From Saprolegnia diclina VS20 (Eukaryota), in NCBI RefSeq assembly GCF_000281045.1, contig NW_008246074.1, positions 858,741 through 893,383 on the forward strand: 34,643 bases of DNA, given 5' to 3'. The notes under the pieces are model-generated. The model made no database searches and was not told where the DNA came from. It saw only the letters and a list, made by a program, of their open reading frames with translations. The position numbers and the translations under genes are program-made. Below are positions 33,884-34,643 of this stretch, piece after piece (the first letter of the stretch is position 1; each line of letters opens with the position of its first letter).

Positions 33884-34168
33884 NNNNNNNNNNNNNNNNN
33901 NNNNNNNNNNNNNNNNNNNNNNNNNNNNNNNNNNNNNNNNNNNNNNNNNNNNNNNNNNNNNNNNNNNNNNNNNNNNNNNNNNNNNNNNNNNNNNNNNNNN
34001 NNNNNNNNNNNNNNNNNNNNNNNNNNNNNNNNNNNNNNNNNNNNNNNNNNNNNNNNNNNNNNNNNNNNNNNNNNNNNNNNNNNNNNNNNNNNNNNNNNNN
34101 NNNNNNNNNNNNNNNNNNNNNNNNNNNNNNNNNNNNNNNNNNNNNNNNNNNNNNNNNNNNNNNNNNNN
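33884..34168. other. Assembly gap (285 N)
   Basis: Run of N. Confidence 1.
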
Positions 34169-34310
34169 ACTATGTATTCGTATCTCGTACAAACATCAAC
34201 ATTAACCTGCACCGGACCCGACCCTGTCCATAGGCTCATCTTGCAAGTTGCAACATTGAGAGTACATCTCTGTCTGTCTTCAGCCGTCCCCTTCTCCGTA
34301 CCCAACTAAT

Positions 34311-34643
34311 ATGAAGCTCTCGCGTGTTGCAGTTGTCGGCCTTCTTTTCGTCGCCGCCCGTCACGCCCAAGCCCAAGCCCAACCCACGAGCTCGTCGACC
34401 AGCAACACCCTCGACACATTGCCTGACACTGCGTCTTTGTACGAGACGTCCGGCTCGTCGGATGCCACGCCGGCCCCGGTGCTTGAAGTCATCCAGGCAG
34501 CGCAGCATATCATCGCAAAGCTCCGCACTCGGTGCAATCCAAAGCAGAGCGCGAGCTTGAAGCGGTCCATCGGGCCGACGCACGTGGCCTATTGGGGGCA
34601 GTCTCCGTGGCTTCGTCGATACAAAAGTCGTAGTTCGCTGCCG
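34311..34643 (+). CDS. Partial (3' open) putative secreted protein
   Basis: 111 open codons from ATG 34311 to the window end: MKLSRVAVVGLLFVAARHAQAQAQPTSSSTSNTLDTLPDTASLYETSGSSDATPAPVLEVIQAAQHIIAKLRTRCNPKQSASLKRSIGPTHVAYWGQSPWLRRYKSRSSLP. Signal-peptide-like start, Ser/Thr-rich spacer and pyrimidine-rich leader. Confidence 0.55.
   Translation, partial: MKLSRVAVVGLLFVAARHAQAQAQPTSSSTSNTLDTLPDTASLYETSGSSDATPAPVLEVIQAAQHIIAKLRTRCNPKQSASLKRSIGPTHVAYWGQSPWLRRYKSRSSLP
34499..34643 (+). repeat. Direct repeat copy 2 (extends beyond the window)
   Basis: Near-identical to 33693-33837. Confidence 0.92.

Noticed and set aside
33704..34309. ORFs spanning the N run
   Set aside because: Artefacts of translating through the assembly gap.
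1..34643. Prokaryotic-style systems (operon, CRISPR, defence island) or a metabolic gene cluster linking LDH, HGD and P450
   Set aside because: The sequence is intron-containing eukaryotic DNA with no repeat-spacer arrays. The enzymes are separated by unrelated housekeeping genes and no backbone biosynthetic enzyme is present.

Overview
Gene-dense, GC-rich eukaryotic DNA with very short GT-AG introns. Gene content, codon style and promoter motifs suggest an oomycete, probably a Saprolegnia-like water mould (inference). Splicing by hand gives nine complete protein genes: (1) an intronless bacterial-type D-lactate dehydrogenase (-); (2) a ~4089-aa axonemal dynein heavy chain with an N-terminal Kelch/IPT/filamin tail and 22 introns (+); (3) exportin-T (+); (4) a seven-transmembrane protein fused to an RGS domain (+); (5) homogentisate 1,2-dioxygenase (-); (6) a small Cys-rich secreted, probably GPI-anchored protein (+); (7) a SAP-domain/DCN1 neddylation-E3 fusion (-); (8) a BRPF/JADE/Nto1-like chromatin scaffold with three PZP modules and AT-hooks (+); (9) a cytochrome P450 (+). 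The window ends with a 285-N gap, a 145-bp near-identical direct repeat on either side of it, and the 5' part of a signal-peptide ORF absent from the ORF track. The most unusual items are the 7TM-RGS protein with degenerate GAP residues, the SAP-DCN1 fusion and the triple-PZP protein. No RNA genes, CRISPR arrays or recognisable transposons were seen. All exon models are hand-derived and unverified by transcript data.
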